Assembly: GCA_036555745.1 (NCBI GenBank)
Contig: DATBKV010000138.1
Span: 14,853-78,852 of the forward strand
Direction of reading: 5' to 3'
From: Xanthobacteraceae bacterium
Lineage (GTDB): Bacteria > Pseudomonadota > Alphaproteobacteria > Rhizobiales > Xanthobacteraceae
DNA: 64,000 nt
A model generated the notes under the pieces. It worked only from the letters and a program-made list of their open reading frames with translations. It did not search any database and was not told where the DNA came from. The translations under genes and the position numbers were made by a program. Below, one piece after another: positions 40,894-49,705 of the stretch (positions are counted from its first letter, which is position 1; every line of letters begins with the position of its first letter).

Positions 40894-40976
40894 TCGCAAG
40901 GGGTTGAATTCGGCATGCCGCCGAGCCAGCGGCCGAGCGCAACGGTAGAAGCGATCGTCGCATTTTCGAAGCGACG

Positions 40977-41228
40977 CTACATGCGATGCTCGAGCTTCGC
41001 GAGGATCGCGGCAATCTCGTCCTTGAGCTTAAGGCGCTGCTTCTTGAGCCGCTCCAGCACTTCGTCCGTGGTCGGCTCCTCCTCCGATTCGATGCGATGG
41101 ATCTGGCGGTTGACCTCGTCGTAGCGCGCCGCGAGCTTCCTGAAATCGTGGTTGCTCTTGATCAGCCGTTCGATCAGCGACGCCTCCTGAGGCAACTCCT
41201 GCGGTAGCTCGTGGGGAATGCGCATCAT
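40977..41228 (-). CDS. YdcH/DUF465 family protein
   Basis: HDFRKLAARYDEVNRQIHRIESEEEPTTDEVLERLKKQRLKLKDEI. Coiled-coil, 83 aa. Confidence 0.7.
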   Translation of the reverse strand: MMRIPHELPQELPQEASLIERLIKSNHDFRKLAARYDEVNRQIHRIESEEEPTTDEVLERLKKQRLKLKDEIAAILAKLEHRM

Positions 41229-41301
41229 GGCGGCCGTCCTCCAGCGGCGCAGCCTATCGCGGAGGGCGATTGCTGTCTGCCCGCGCGCAAGCGGGGAAGC
41301 C

Positions 41302-41616
41302 TTAATTCCCCTCGGCCGTCTTCGGCGCGGCGGCCGGATTCCACTGCCCGCGCCGCATGCGCGTGATCTTCACGCTCTTGAACAGTCCGGCCCGGCGGAA
41401 CGGCTCATTGCGCGAAAACTCCTCCGCCTGCTCGCGACCGGGCACGTTGAGGATCAGACAGCTTCCGATGCGCGTCGTCCCGTCCTCGGCGAGGAGCGCG
41501 CCGCCAAGCACGAGGATGTCCCGGTGGCGCTCGAGATAAGCGAAATGCGCGTCGCGCGCGGCAGCGCGGACCTCGGCGCCGTCATCACGGTCTTCCTGAT
41601 AGATGATGTAAAGCAC
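41302..41616 (-). CDS. YciI family protein
   Basis: GTG start with a GGAGG RBS. (M)LYIIYQEDRDDGAEVRAAARDAHFAYLERH...ILNVPGREQAEEFSRNEPFRRAGLFKSVKI. Confidence 0.75.
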   Translation of the reverse strand: MLYIIYQEDRDDGAEVRAAARDAHFAYLERHRDILVLGGALLAEDGTTRIGSCLILNVPGREQAEEFSRNEPFRRAGLFKSVKITRMRRGQWNPAAAPKTAEGN

Positions 41617-41921
41617 GCGACCTCCTCGGATGCTGCAACGTTTATTCGCAAAGCTTCGGTCGGTCGCAGGCGGGGCGTTCTCGTGCGGATTGTCAAGCTT
41701 GATATACGTGCGTGAATGGGACTGCATCCGCGTGACGGGGACCACCGCCAGGCCGGCTGCCCCGGCTCGCGCGCTGGTGCCATGCGCGGCACCGGTGCTC
41801 AGGTGCGCACGTTCTTGCGCTGTGGGATTTTTACAACGGTTAACAAATCTTTTCGCGCCGCCACGCGGCCGCGCGATTTTTCTGCTTCGATGTCGCGCCG
41901 TTGCAACGCGGGGGCGCCTGC

Positions 41922-42032
41922 ATGAGCATCGATACGGTGCTGTTGATCCTGATTCTCACCTTCGGAATCGCCTTTATGCTGAACCGGCTGGACACCCGAC
42001 GCGACCGGTTGCGACGAAGAGCCCGGTACTAG
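41922..42032 (+). CDS. Candidate 36-aa single-TM peptide with a poly-basic tail (below the ORF-track cutoff)
   Basis: Hand translation gives MSIDTVLLILILTFGIAFMLNRLDTRRDRLRRRARY*. GC3 is about 78% (28/36). A G-rich stretch lies 7 nt upstream, and an AT-rich tract ttgcgctgtgggatttttacaacggttaacaaat lies about 80 nt upstream. Confidence 0.35.
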   Translation: MSIDTVLLILILTFGIAFMLNRLDTRRDRLRRRARY

Positions 42033-42139
42033 CGCACTGGGGCAATGCAACGCGCGGTGAAGGCCTGCCGCTAAACTTGCGGCCAGCGCCGCGTTTGACG
42101 CGCTACGCCTTGTCTGCTGGAGCGTGCGTGATGCGCGCG

Positions 42140-42322
42140 CTAGGAGTCCAAATCCGGCGCGGCCGCGCTCTGGCGCAGGATGGCGCGGAATTCCTCCTGC
42201 AGCGCGGCGAGCGCCGCCATCAGGGCGGCCGATTTCAACGGTCCGGGAGTACCGATCCCGTCGGAGAGATCGTAGGCGGGGTCATCCGGAAAATGAGCCC
42301 GGTAGGCTTTCCCATCCAGCAT
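42140..42322 (-). CDS. Hypothetical 60-aa protein
   Basis: MLDGKAYRAHFPDDPAYDLSDGIGTPGPLKSAALMAALAALQEEFRAILRQS.... GC3 is about 78%. The ORF is open to 42358. It lies downstream of the rhodanese gene on the same strand. Confidence 0.4.
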   Translation of the reverse strand: MLDGKAYRAHFPDDPAYDLSDGIGTPGPLKSAALMAALAALQEEFRAILRQSAAAPDLDS

Positions 42323-42369
42323 GGCGCTGCTCCGTGGAGTAGACCGTGCTGCTGTCATCGCGCGAGACG

Positions 42370-42387
42370 GGTTAAGACCCGGTTAAG
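42370..42387. promoter_or_regulatory. Direct heptamer repeat GGTTAAG-N4-GGTTAAG (11-bp phasing) upstream of the 60-aa ORF
   Basis: Read directly as gGGTTAAGacccGGTTAAGg. One-helical-turn spacing is typical of OmpR/PhoB-type half sites. Confidence 0.25.
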
Positions 42388-42501
42388 GATGAGCGGAGCC
42401 GCGAGCAATGTCCTTGCCTGTTGTCGCGGCGCCACACTGCAGGCGATCACGCCGCGCTGCGCCATATCCGGTCGGGCGCTGCTGGCTTCGGCCCGCCGCG
42501 G

Positions 42502-44139
42502 TCACGGGCGGGATTGAACGAAGGCGGCGGAGCCGTCGCGTTCCACCCGCGCGAGCAGGTCGACCTCCCAGGCCAGGTAGTCGCGCATGGCTTTGGTTTG
42601 GTCCTGCGGCCGCTCGTAGGGTTTGAGCCAGGTATCCACCGGTTCGTCCGCCAGCCTCGGATCGGCGGCCGTCAGCGTGCGGCCGGCGGCGAGCCAGGCG
42701 GCATTGCCGCCGGCGAGCGCGCGCACGGGACCACCAGCGACCAGCGCGGCGGCCTCGCCCACCGCAAGGCCGGCCAACACGCCGTCCTCCGAGGTGAGCA
42801 CCAGCGTAGCCGGCGGTGCGATCCTCGCGAGTGCACCCGCGAGGCGCGAGCGGATCGCAAACCAGGCGCCGGCAATGTGAGCCTTCAGGTATTCCCGGCT
42901 CAGCGAGAGGTCGACGACGGTGGCTTGGCCCCGCGCCATCAGGGCAGCGAGGGCGTCAGCGTCGATGCGCGCCTCCGGCGGCGGCGCGGCGCCCAGAACC
43001 GCGGCCGCCGGCCGTTGCTGCTCGTGGCCTGCCTCGGCCAGAACGAACACTTCGGCCCAGCCCATCTGGCGCAGCCAGGAGGCGGTCATCACCGCGCGCA
43101 CCTCCGCGTCGTCGACGAGCACGATGCGCGCGCCTAGCGTGCCGACATATTGGTCGGTCGCCTGCACGAGCTGTCCGCCCGGAGCGGACAGCGCGCCCGG
43201 GACATGGCCGGCGTCGTATTCCCCGGGGTCGCGTACGTCGAAGAGGTAGAGCGTGCGGTCCGCGTCCGCGCGCCAGCGTTCCACGGTGGCGAGATCGATG
43301 CGCGCGATGCCGAACCGGCGCGCCACCTCCTCGGCGGCGGACCTGGCCCAGGCGAGGCCTGCGCCCGTAACCTGCGGCGCGCGCCGCGTCCCGCCGCTCT
43401 CGCAGGCAAGGCCGGCGAGAGTCCAGCCCATGGTGCCGTTACGCAGCGCCATCACCTTGTTCGGCACGCCGGCATTGATCAGCGATTGCGCGCCGATGAT
43501 GCTGCGGGTGCGACCGGCGCAATTCACCACCACCAGCGTCTGCGGCGAGGGCGCGATATCGCGGACGCGCAGCACCAGCTCGGCGCCGGGGACGTTGACT
43601 GCGGTCGGGATCGAGACGCGCTGGTATTCGTCGAACGGCCGGCTGTCGAGCACCACCATGTCGGCACCGTCGCGCATGAGGCGATCGAGCTCTTCGGCGG
43701 CGATGCTCGGCGTGGCGCTGGCGTGCTCGACGAACTCGCCGAATGCCTTGCTCGGGACATTGACGCCGGAGAACAGCTCGAAGCCGGCAGCGGCCCAGGC
43801 GGCGACTCCGCCAGCGAGCGCAGAGACGTCGGTGTAGCCGGCGCGGCCAAGCACCTCGGCCGCGCGCCCGGCCAGCCCGTCGGCGTCATCGCAGAGCACG
43901 ATGCGGGTCGTGCGCCGCGGCACCAGGGCTGCGAATTTCAGCTCCAGCCGGCTCAACGGCACCGAGCGCGCGAGCAGCAGGTGATTTTGCGAGAAGATCA
44001 GCTCCTCGCGCAGGTCGATGAGCGCAAGCTCCCGCCCATCGGCGAGCATCGCCTTGAGCGCGTGCGCCGTTACCGGCTGCGGCGTGATGTTCCGTGGCAT
44101 CGCTGGCGCACAGCGCCGCGCCGGGCGCGGCCCTTGCAC
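42502..44139 (-). CDS. Multi-domain (about 4x) rhodanese sulfurtransferase
   Basis: Four rhodanese-like modules are present. One has an intact active-site loop VVNCAGRTRS. The others are degenerate (LCDDADG, LVDDAEV, LTSEDG). An alternative start lies at 44100. Confidence 0.8.
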   Translation of the reverse strand: MQGPRPARRCAPAMPRNITPQPVTAHALKAMLADGRELALIDLREELIFSQNHLLLARSVPLSRLELKFAALVPRRTTRIVLCDDADGLAGRAAEVLGRAGYTDVSALAGGVAAWAAAGFELFSGVNVPSKAFGEFVEHASATPSIAAEELDRLMRDGADMVVLDSRPFDEYQRVSIPTAVNVPGAELVLRVRDIAPSPQTLVVVNCAGRTRSIIGAQSLINAGVPNKVMALRNGTMGWTLAGLACESGGTRRAPQVTGAGLAWARSAAEEVARRFGIARIDLATVERWRADADRTLYLFDVRDPGEYDAGHVPGALSAPGGQLVQATDQYVGTLGARIVLVDDAEVRAVMTASWLRQMGWAEVFVLAEAGHEQQRPAAAVLGAAPPPEARIDADALAALMARGQATVVDLSLSREYLKAHIAGAWFAIRSRLAGALARIAPPATLVLTSEDGVLAGLAVGEAAALVAGGPVRALAGGNAAWLAAGRTLTAADPRLADEPVDTWLKPYERPQDQTKAMRDYLAWEVDLLARVERDGSAAFVQSRP

Positions 44140-44147
44140 GTCCCGGC

Positions 44148-44690
44148 TTATGTGGCCTGTTGCGGCGTCATCTGGTGCACGTCGCCGGTGGCGAGGTCGA
44201 AGCGCACGCGCGCGATCTTGTCGAGATTGGTGCCGGTCACGCGGACGAAGCGGGCGCTGTCGGGGTAATCGATCGAATGAATGGTGCCGTCCTGATAGAT
44301 CCCGGCGTGCCCCGGCAACAGCCGATACTTCTTGACGGGCTTGAGTTTGGCTTTGTTGGGATTACCGCGGTCGTCCTCGCGCTCCCATTCCGTCATGTCG
44401 GTATAGTGCGAGGCTTGGCCGTAGATTGCCCATGACGCGCCATGATCGTGCGGCGGCGATACTCTCGCCTTGTCATTGATATGGGCGAGGACTTGGAAGC
44501 CGAGGTCCGGATCCTCGTACAGCACCTTCAGGCCGCGCGGCACCTTTTCACCGCAGTACTTTTCGACGAAGTCTGGATTGGCGAGCAGCTGCTCGAGCCG
44601 CAGGCGCACCTCCTCCCGCCCTTTGGGGCCACCATCGCGCCTGAGAATGCTCTGGCAATCCGTCACGAACTGTTCGAGATCGTAAGACAT
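44148..44690 (-). CDS. Cupin of the cysteine dioxygenase / 3-mercaptopropionate dioxygenase-like type
   Basis: MSYDLEQFVTD...SPPHDHGASWAIYGQ...GTIHSI is an HxH...H facial-triad pattern in a ~180-aa cupin. It lies 8 nt upstream of the rhodanese gene. Confidence 0.7.
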   Translation of the reverse strand: MSYDLEQFVTDCQSILRRDGGPKGREEVRLRLEQLLANPDFVEKYCGEKVPRGLKVLYEDPDLGFQVLAHINDKARVSPPHDHGASWAIYGQASHYTDMTEWEREDDRGNPNKAKLKPVKKYRLLPGHAGIYQDGTIHSIDYPDSARFVRVTGTNLDKIARVRFDLATGDVHQMTPQQAT

Positions 44691-44750
44691 CGCTCGCCTC
44701 CTTGCGAGATCCTCCACCAGCATCGCTCATTACACCGGGCAACGCCAGTG

Positions 44751-46313
44751 CTATGACGCCGCGCGCCCGGCGGTTGCGGGAGGGCTGGGCGCCAACGCCG
44801 CGGCATCGGCAATCGCCCGCTCCAAGGCTTGTCCGGCCTCGTCGGCGAGTGCGGCCTTGATCAACCCTTCGAGCAGCTCGCTCGCATCGCTTCGCCCGCC
44901 CAGCTGCGGAAGGAGCGCGACCAGCCGGTCGAACTTCGCCTGGCCCCGCTCGTGGGTGTCGCCGTAGCCCTTGACCAGGCCGCGCATGCGCGCGACCTGC
45001 AGTGCCAGCGCGTAATCGTCGCGCGCGGTCTGCGCAACCAAGCCGAGCCAAGCCGTAAGCGCGGCCTGCTCTGAGGCGAAGCGCAGCGAGCGGCGGCGCA
45101 GCGGCCTGAGCCGCGACAGCGCGTAGAGCGCGAGGAAGCCGCCGATCGAGGTGCTCCTGATGACCCGGCCCCTGCGCGTCGTCCGGTCGACCGCGCGACG
45201 CGCCCAACTGGTGCGCAGAAGCCAGCGTCCGAGCGGCGCCGGGAGCGTATCGGCGATCTCCTGCGTGCGGGGATGGAAGAATTCGGCAATCTCGAGAAGC
45301 TGCCCGTCCTTGATCTCGGCTTCCGCGCGCACGCGCGCGAAGCGACTCGCGCGAATCTTGAGGTCCGCCACCCGGATCGTATCCTCGTACGTCATGGCGA
45401 GTGCGAGCTGGCGTGCCGTTTCCGCGAGCAAAGCGCCCCTGCCGTCGCCGTGCCGTTGCTCGAGCTCGCGGAACGGCGCGAGCCGCGCGAGGAACTCACG
45501 CGCGTAGTCGGCATCCTGATAATCGCGGAGCCGTTCGAGCGCGGGCGTCACGACCGCGCGCGCCTCGCCGGGGAAATCGCGCGCGGCCCGGTCGAGGAGC
45601 TCGCGCAGCTCGGGCGGGGGCAGAGTTGCGGCCGCGCCGGGGGAGGATGGCGGCGGCATCGCCGGGTGGTCCGTACGCGCCGCTTCGAAGCCTGCCGAGA
45701 ACGCGGCAAGGCTCGGCTCGACTCCGACCTGCCCGCGGCGGATCGCGGCCTCGAAGCCGGCGCGCGGGAAGGGGAGCGCAGCCGACCCCGCCAGTGCGCC
45801 GAACAGCACCGCGCTCACCACGCTGCCGGCGGCGTCCGCGATCGCCGCCATGTCGAACGCGACGAGCTGGCGCGCCGCCTCACGGCAGCCGGCAAGCAGC
45901 GCGGCGGGCTCGACGCGGCCGTCGGCGAGCGCGATCTTCTCGGTCATGGCGTAGACACGATGCGTAGAGGCGATGAGCAGGGTCTTGTCCGGTGTGACGA
46001 AGCCGCGCTCGACCGCGCGCGCAGCCTCCATCAGCTCGGAAGCGAGCACCACCTCGACGTCGCCTGGCATCGGCATCAGGCCGAGCACGGGCTCGCGTTG
46101 CGCCGTCCGCGCCGCGCTGTTTGGAAACAGCTCCACGTAGTAGACGGTAGCGCCCGTGCGCTGCGCCACGCCCGGCACCGAGGTGGCCTGCGCAAGATAG
46201 CCGCCGTGCTGCGCGAGATCGACGATCCAGTCCGCCAGCACGCCGCCGCCCTCGCCGCCAAGCGCCACTACGGCGATGGTGATCGGCCGCATCTTGGGGA
46301 GCTGCGCCTCCAT
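44751..46313 (-). CDS. iorB: Indolepyruvate:ferredoxin oxidoreductase, beta subunit
   Basis: IAVVALGGEGGGVLADWIV...SVPGVAQRTGATVYYVE is an N-terminal POR-gamma-like domain. It follows iorA by 8 nt. Confidence 0.85.
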   Translation of the reverse strand: MEAQLPKMRPITIAVVALGGEGGGVLADWIVDLAQHGGYLAQATSVPGVAQRTGATVYYVELFPNSAARTAQREPVLGLMPMPGDVEVVLASELMEAARAVERGFVTPDKTLLIASTHRVYAMTEKIALADGRVEPAALLAGCREAARQLVAFDMAAIADAAGSVVSAVLFGALAGSAALPFPRAGFEAAIRRGQVGVEPSLAAFSAGFEAARTDHPAMPPPSSPGAAATLPPPELRELLDRAARDFPGEARAVVTPALERLRDYQDADYAREFLARLAPFRELEQRHGDGRGALLAETARQLALAMTYEDTIRVADLKIRASRFARVRAEAEIKDGQLLEIAEFFHPRTQEIADTLPAPLGRWLLRTSWARRAVDRTTRRGRVIRSTSIGGFLALYALSRLRPLRRRSLRFASEQAALTAWLGLVAQTARDDYALALQVARMRGLVKGYGDTHERGQAKFDRLVALLPQLGGRSDASELLEGLIKAALADEAGQALERAIADAAALAPSPPATAGRAAS

Positions 46314-46321
46314 TGCCGTTC

Positions 46322-48478
46322 TCAGGCGGCGGCAAGCCGCCAGTCCATGCGTCGCTGCAGCCAGCCGATCACGGCGGCACGCGCCCTATCCTTCAAGCGT
46401 TCCCAGCGGGTCGGATTGCTGATGATGGTGGCGCGATAGAACGACGGACACAGCACTGCCGCGTGCGCGACCTCGCCGCATAATCCGCAGCCGACGCACG
46501 AATTGATCACTCTGGTCACCGGCTCGCGCCGCAGCGGGTCGGGGTTCGGCGCCAGCGTGAGCGAAGGGCAGCCCGAGAGCCGGATGCAGGAGTGGTCGCC
46601 GGTGCAGGTATCGGGATCGACGCCGAACCGTTCGCGCACCACGCGCGCGCCGGCCTGCATGCGCTTGCGCGCAAGCGGGCGCTCGCGGCGCTGTTTATTG
46701 AGCATGCATTCCGACCGAGCGATGATGACCTTGGGGCCTTTGACGGCGGTGGTGAGCGCCTCTTTGAGCGTGTCGCGCATGCGCGCGACATCGTAGGTGC
46801 GCGTGAGCGTGCGCACCCATTGCACGCCGACGCCGCGTACCGCCTTCTCGATCGAGTTCCCGGTCGCGCGCATGCGGTTGTCGGCGGCGGAGGATGGCAC
46901 GTCCTGGCCGCCGGTCGCGGCGGCGTAGCCGTTGTCCACCACGATCAGCACGTTGTCGCTCTTGTTGAAGACGGCGTTGCCGACGCTGGAGGCGAGCCCG
47001 TTGTGCCAGAAGCCGCCGTCGCCGACGAGGGCGACGGCGCGCCTGCCGCCGGCGCCGCTCAGCGCGGCGGCGCCCGCCCCCCCGAGCCCGTACCCCATCG
47101 TGGAGTTGCCGACATTGAACGGCGGCAGGATCGAGAACAGGTGGCAGCCGATGTCGCAACTGACATGCTGTGGCCCGAGCTCGCGCTCGACGAGCTTCAT
47201 GGCCGCGAAGATGGGCCGCTCCGGGCAGCCGGTGCAGAACGAGGGCGGACGGCCATGCACCTTCCCCGCGAGCGCCTGCTGCGCCTTGGCGAGACGCTCG
47301 GACGGCGGCTGTTGCAGGGCAAGCGGCGGCATTCGCTCGACGATGAGGTCGGGCCGATAGGCCGTGATGAACTTGCGCACGCCATCCTTGACCACGCCGC
47401 CGGCATATTCGCCGGCCATCGGCAGCATGCCCTTGCCATCCACCCGAGTCTGCACGTCGGCGCGGCGCAGAATGGTGTTGACCGCCTGTTCGATGAATTC
47501 CGGCTGGCCCTCCTCGATGATCAGGACCGCCTTCTTGCCCACACAGAACCGCACGAGCTCGGACTCGATCAGCGGGTAGGTCACGTTGAGCACGTAGAGC
47601 GGAACGCGGCTTTCGCCGAACACGTCGGCGAGCCCGAGGATCTCGAGCGCGCGCAGCGCGGTATTGTACATGCCGCCCTGCATGATGATGCCGATATCGT
47701 CGGCGTCGCCGTCGAAGAATTCGTTTAGCTCGTGCTGCTCGATGAAGCGCACGGCGGCCGGCCAACGCTTCTCGACCTTCTCCTTCTCCTGCAGGTAGCT
47801 TGCCGGCGGCAGCACGATGCGGTTGACGTCGCGCATGGGGTTGGCGAGCGCGTGCGCAAGCGTGAAGGCCGGCCGCGCGTTGTCGCGGGCGGTGAAGCTG
47901 CCCCAGACGTGGCAGGCGCGAATGCGCAGCTCCAGCATCACCGGGGTGTGCGACGCCTCCGACAGCTCGAAGCCGTGCTCCACCGCGCGCACGATCGAGG
48001 GCAGGTTGGGACGCGGATCCAGCAGCCAGATCTGCGACTTCATCGCAAAGGCATGGCTGCGCTCCTGCATGATCGAGGAGCCCTCGCCATAGTCCTCGCC
48101 GACGATGATGAGCGCGCCGCCGGTCACGCCGCTGGAGGCGAGATTGGCGAGCGCATCGGCGGCGACATTGGTACCCACGGTCGCCTTGAAGGTGGCGGCG
48201 CCGCGCAAGGGGTAGTTGATGGAGGCTGCGAGCGCCGCGGCGGCCGCGGCCTCGTTGGCGCTCGCCTCGAAGCGGATGCCGAGCTCGTCGAGCACATCCT
48301 GCGCGTCAGCGAGCACATCGACGAGATGCGAGATCGGCGCGCCCTGGTAGCCGGAGACGTAGGAGACGCCGGACTGCAACAACGCCTTGGTGACCGCGAG
48401 AATGCCCTCGCCGCGGAATTCCGCTCCCGCGCCGAGGCGCAGCTTGGCCACCTCGCTTTTGAACGACCGTTCTGCCAT
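46322..48478 (-). CDS. iorA: Indolepyruvate:ferredoxin oxidoreductase, alpha subunit (ThDP, 4Fe-4S)
   Basis: MAERSFKSEVAKLRLG...SGVSYVSGYQGAPISH; ThDP motif GDGGFWHNG; Cys clusters CTGDHSCIRLSGCPS and CVGCGLCGEVAHAAVLCPS. The ORF is open to 48544. Confidence 0.85.
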   Translation of the reverse strand: MAERSFKSEVAKLRLGAGAEFRGEGILAVTKALLQSGVSYVSGYQGAPISHLVDVLADAQDVLDELGIRFEASANEAAAAAALAASINYPLRGAATFKATVGTNVAADALANLASSGVTGGALIIVGEDYGEGSSIMQERSHAFAMKSQIWLLDPRPNLPSIVRAVEHGFELSEASHTPVMLELRIRACHVWGSFTARDNARPAFTLAHALANPMRDVNRIVLPPASYLQEKEKVEKRWPAAVRFIEQHELNEFFDGDADDIGIIMQGGMYNTALRALEILGLADVFGESRVPLYVLNVTYPLIESELVRFCVGKKAVLIIEEGQPEFIEQAVNTILRRADVQTRVDGKGMLPMAGEYAGGVVKDGVRKFITAYRPDLIVERMPPLALQQPPSERLAKAQQALAGKVHGRPPSFCTGCPERPIFAAMKLVERELGPQHVSCDIGCHLFSILPPFNVGNSTMGYGLGGAGAAALSGAGGRRAVALVGDGGFWHNGLASSVGNAVFNKSDNVLIVVDNGYAAATGGQDVPSSAADNRMRATGNSIEKAVRGVGVQWVRTLTRTYDVARMRDTLKEALTTAVKGPKVIIARSECMLNKQRRERPLARKRMQAGARVVRERFGVDPDTCTGDHSCIRLSGCPSLTLAPNPDPLRREPVTRVINSCVGCGLCGEVAHAAVLCPSFYRATIISNPTRWERLKDRARAAVIGWLQRRMDWRLAAA

Positions 48479-48619
48479 TCGCGTCCTCGAGACCCCGCTG
48501 AGTGGCGGAATGCGGCGTCCGCCTGGACGCTCGCATTGACTCACCTCCGCACCACCCTGATTATATTTGAAAACAATACGTGACCAAAAGCCTCGCTATC
48601 CATTCCGGAGGGGACGATC

Positions 48620-49576
48620 ATGCGCTCTATCTGCATCGCGACGGCAGCAGCGGCCTTGGTGGCATCGACGGCGCTTGCTGAGGAAGTCACCCTGCGGGCG
48701 GTCTCGTCGTTTGCCGAGGGTACCGAGTTCTCGAAAAACTTCGAACGCTTCGTCGAAAAGGTGAACGCCGACGGGAAGGGGCTGATCAGGATCAATTATA
48801 TCGGCGGCCCGCGCGCGGTGCCGCCGTTCGAGGTCGGCAATGCGGTGCGCACCCGCGTTGTCGATATGGCCAATGTGACCGGCGCGTTCTACACCAACCT
48901 GATGCCGGAGGCGGACGGCTTCAAGCTCAATGGCAAGCCGATGAGCGAGCAGCGCAAGAACGGGACCTGGGACTACATCAACCAGCTGCACAACCAGAAG
49001 CTCAATTCGCAATACCTGGCGCGCCAATTCCACAATGTCCCGTTCCACATCTATCTCAACAAACGGATCGATAAGATCGATTTCTCCGGCCTGAAGATTC
49101 GGGTCACGCCGGTCTACCGGGACGTGGTCGAGGCGCTCGGCGGCACCCCGATCACCACCGCGCCCGGCGAGGTCTACACCGCCCTCGAGCGCGGCGTGGT
49201 CGACGGGTACGGCTGGCCTATCACCGGCATTTTCGATCTCGGTTGGGAGAAGGTGACTAAGTTCCGCATGGAGCCGCCGTTCTACAGCGTCGAGGTCAAC
49301 GTGCTGGTCAATCTCGATGCCTGGAAGGGCCTCAGCGGCGCCCAGCGCAAGGTGCTCGAGAACGCGGCGCTCTGGCTCGAGGGGCTCGACAGCGAGAAGG
49401 ACGCGGTGATCAAGGCCGAGCGCGAGCGGCAGGCCGCCGCCGGCATCGAGGCGCTCGATTTCGGCCCCGCCGCGTCGAAGGCGTTCCTTGATCGCGCGTA
49501 TGACGTGGCCTGGCAGTCCGTCATCAAGCGCGCGCCGGAGAGCGGCCCCAAGCTGCGGCAGCTGGCGGGGAATTGA
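48620..49576 (+). CDS. dctP: TRAP transporter substrate-binding protein (DctP family)
   Basis: Signal MRSICIATAAAALVASTALA and a DctP-like body (..LKIRVTPVYRDVVEALGGTPI..). Confidence 0.85.
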   Translation: MRSICIATAAAALVASTALAEEVTLRAVSSFAEGTEFSKNFERFVEKVNADGKGLIRINYIGGPRAVPPFEVGNAVRTRVVDMANVTGAFYTNLMPEADGFKLNGKPMSEQRKNGTWDYINQLHNQKLNSQYLARQFHNVPFHIYLNKRIDKIDFSGLKIRVTPVYRDVVEALGGTPITTAPGEVYTALERGVVDGYGWPITGIFDLGWEKVTKFRMEPPFYSVEVNVLVNLDAWKGLSGAQRKVLENAALWLEGLDSEKDAVIKAERERQAAAGIEALDFGPAASKAFLDRAYDVAWQSVIKRAPESGPKLRQLAGN

Positions 49577-49705
49577 GCGCCCGTTCGCCTATTGCAAAGC
49601 TCGTCATCATCCGCGCGTGCGGATGATCAAGTTTCCCGTGGCGGCTCCGTGTGCCACCGTCATGCACCATCGCATGCGCTCGCATGTACTGGATGTCTGT
49701 CCCCA

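Noticed and set aside
40300-41760. General-stress (EcfG-type GGAAC-N16/17-CGTT) promoters upstream of the DUF3775, DUF465 and YciI genes
   Set aside because: GGAAC occurs at about 40318, but the downstream -10 position reads ACTT/GACT rather than CGTT. No convincing match occurs upstream of the other two genes.
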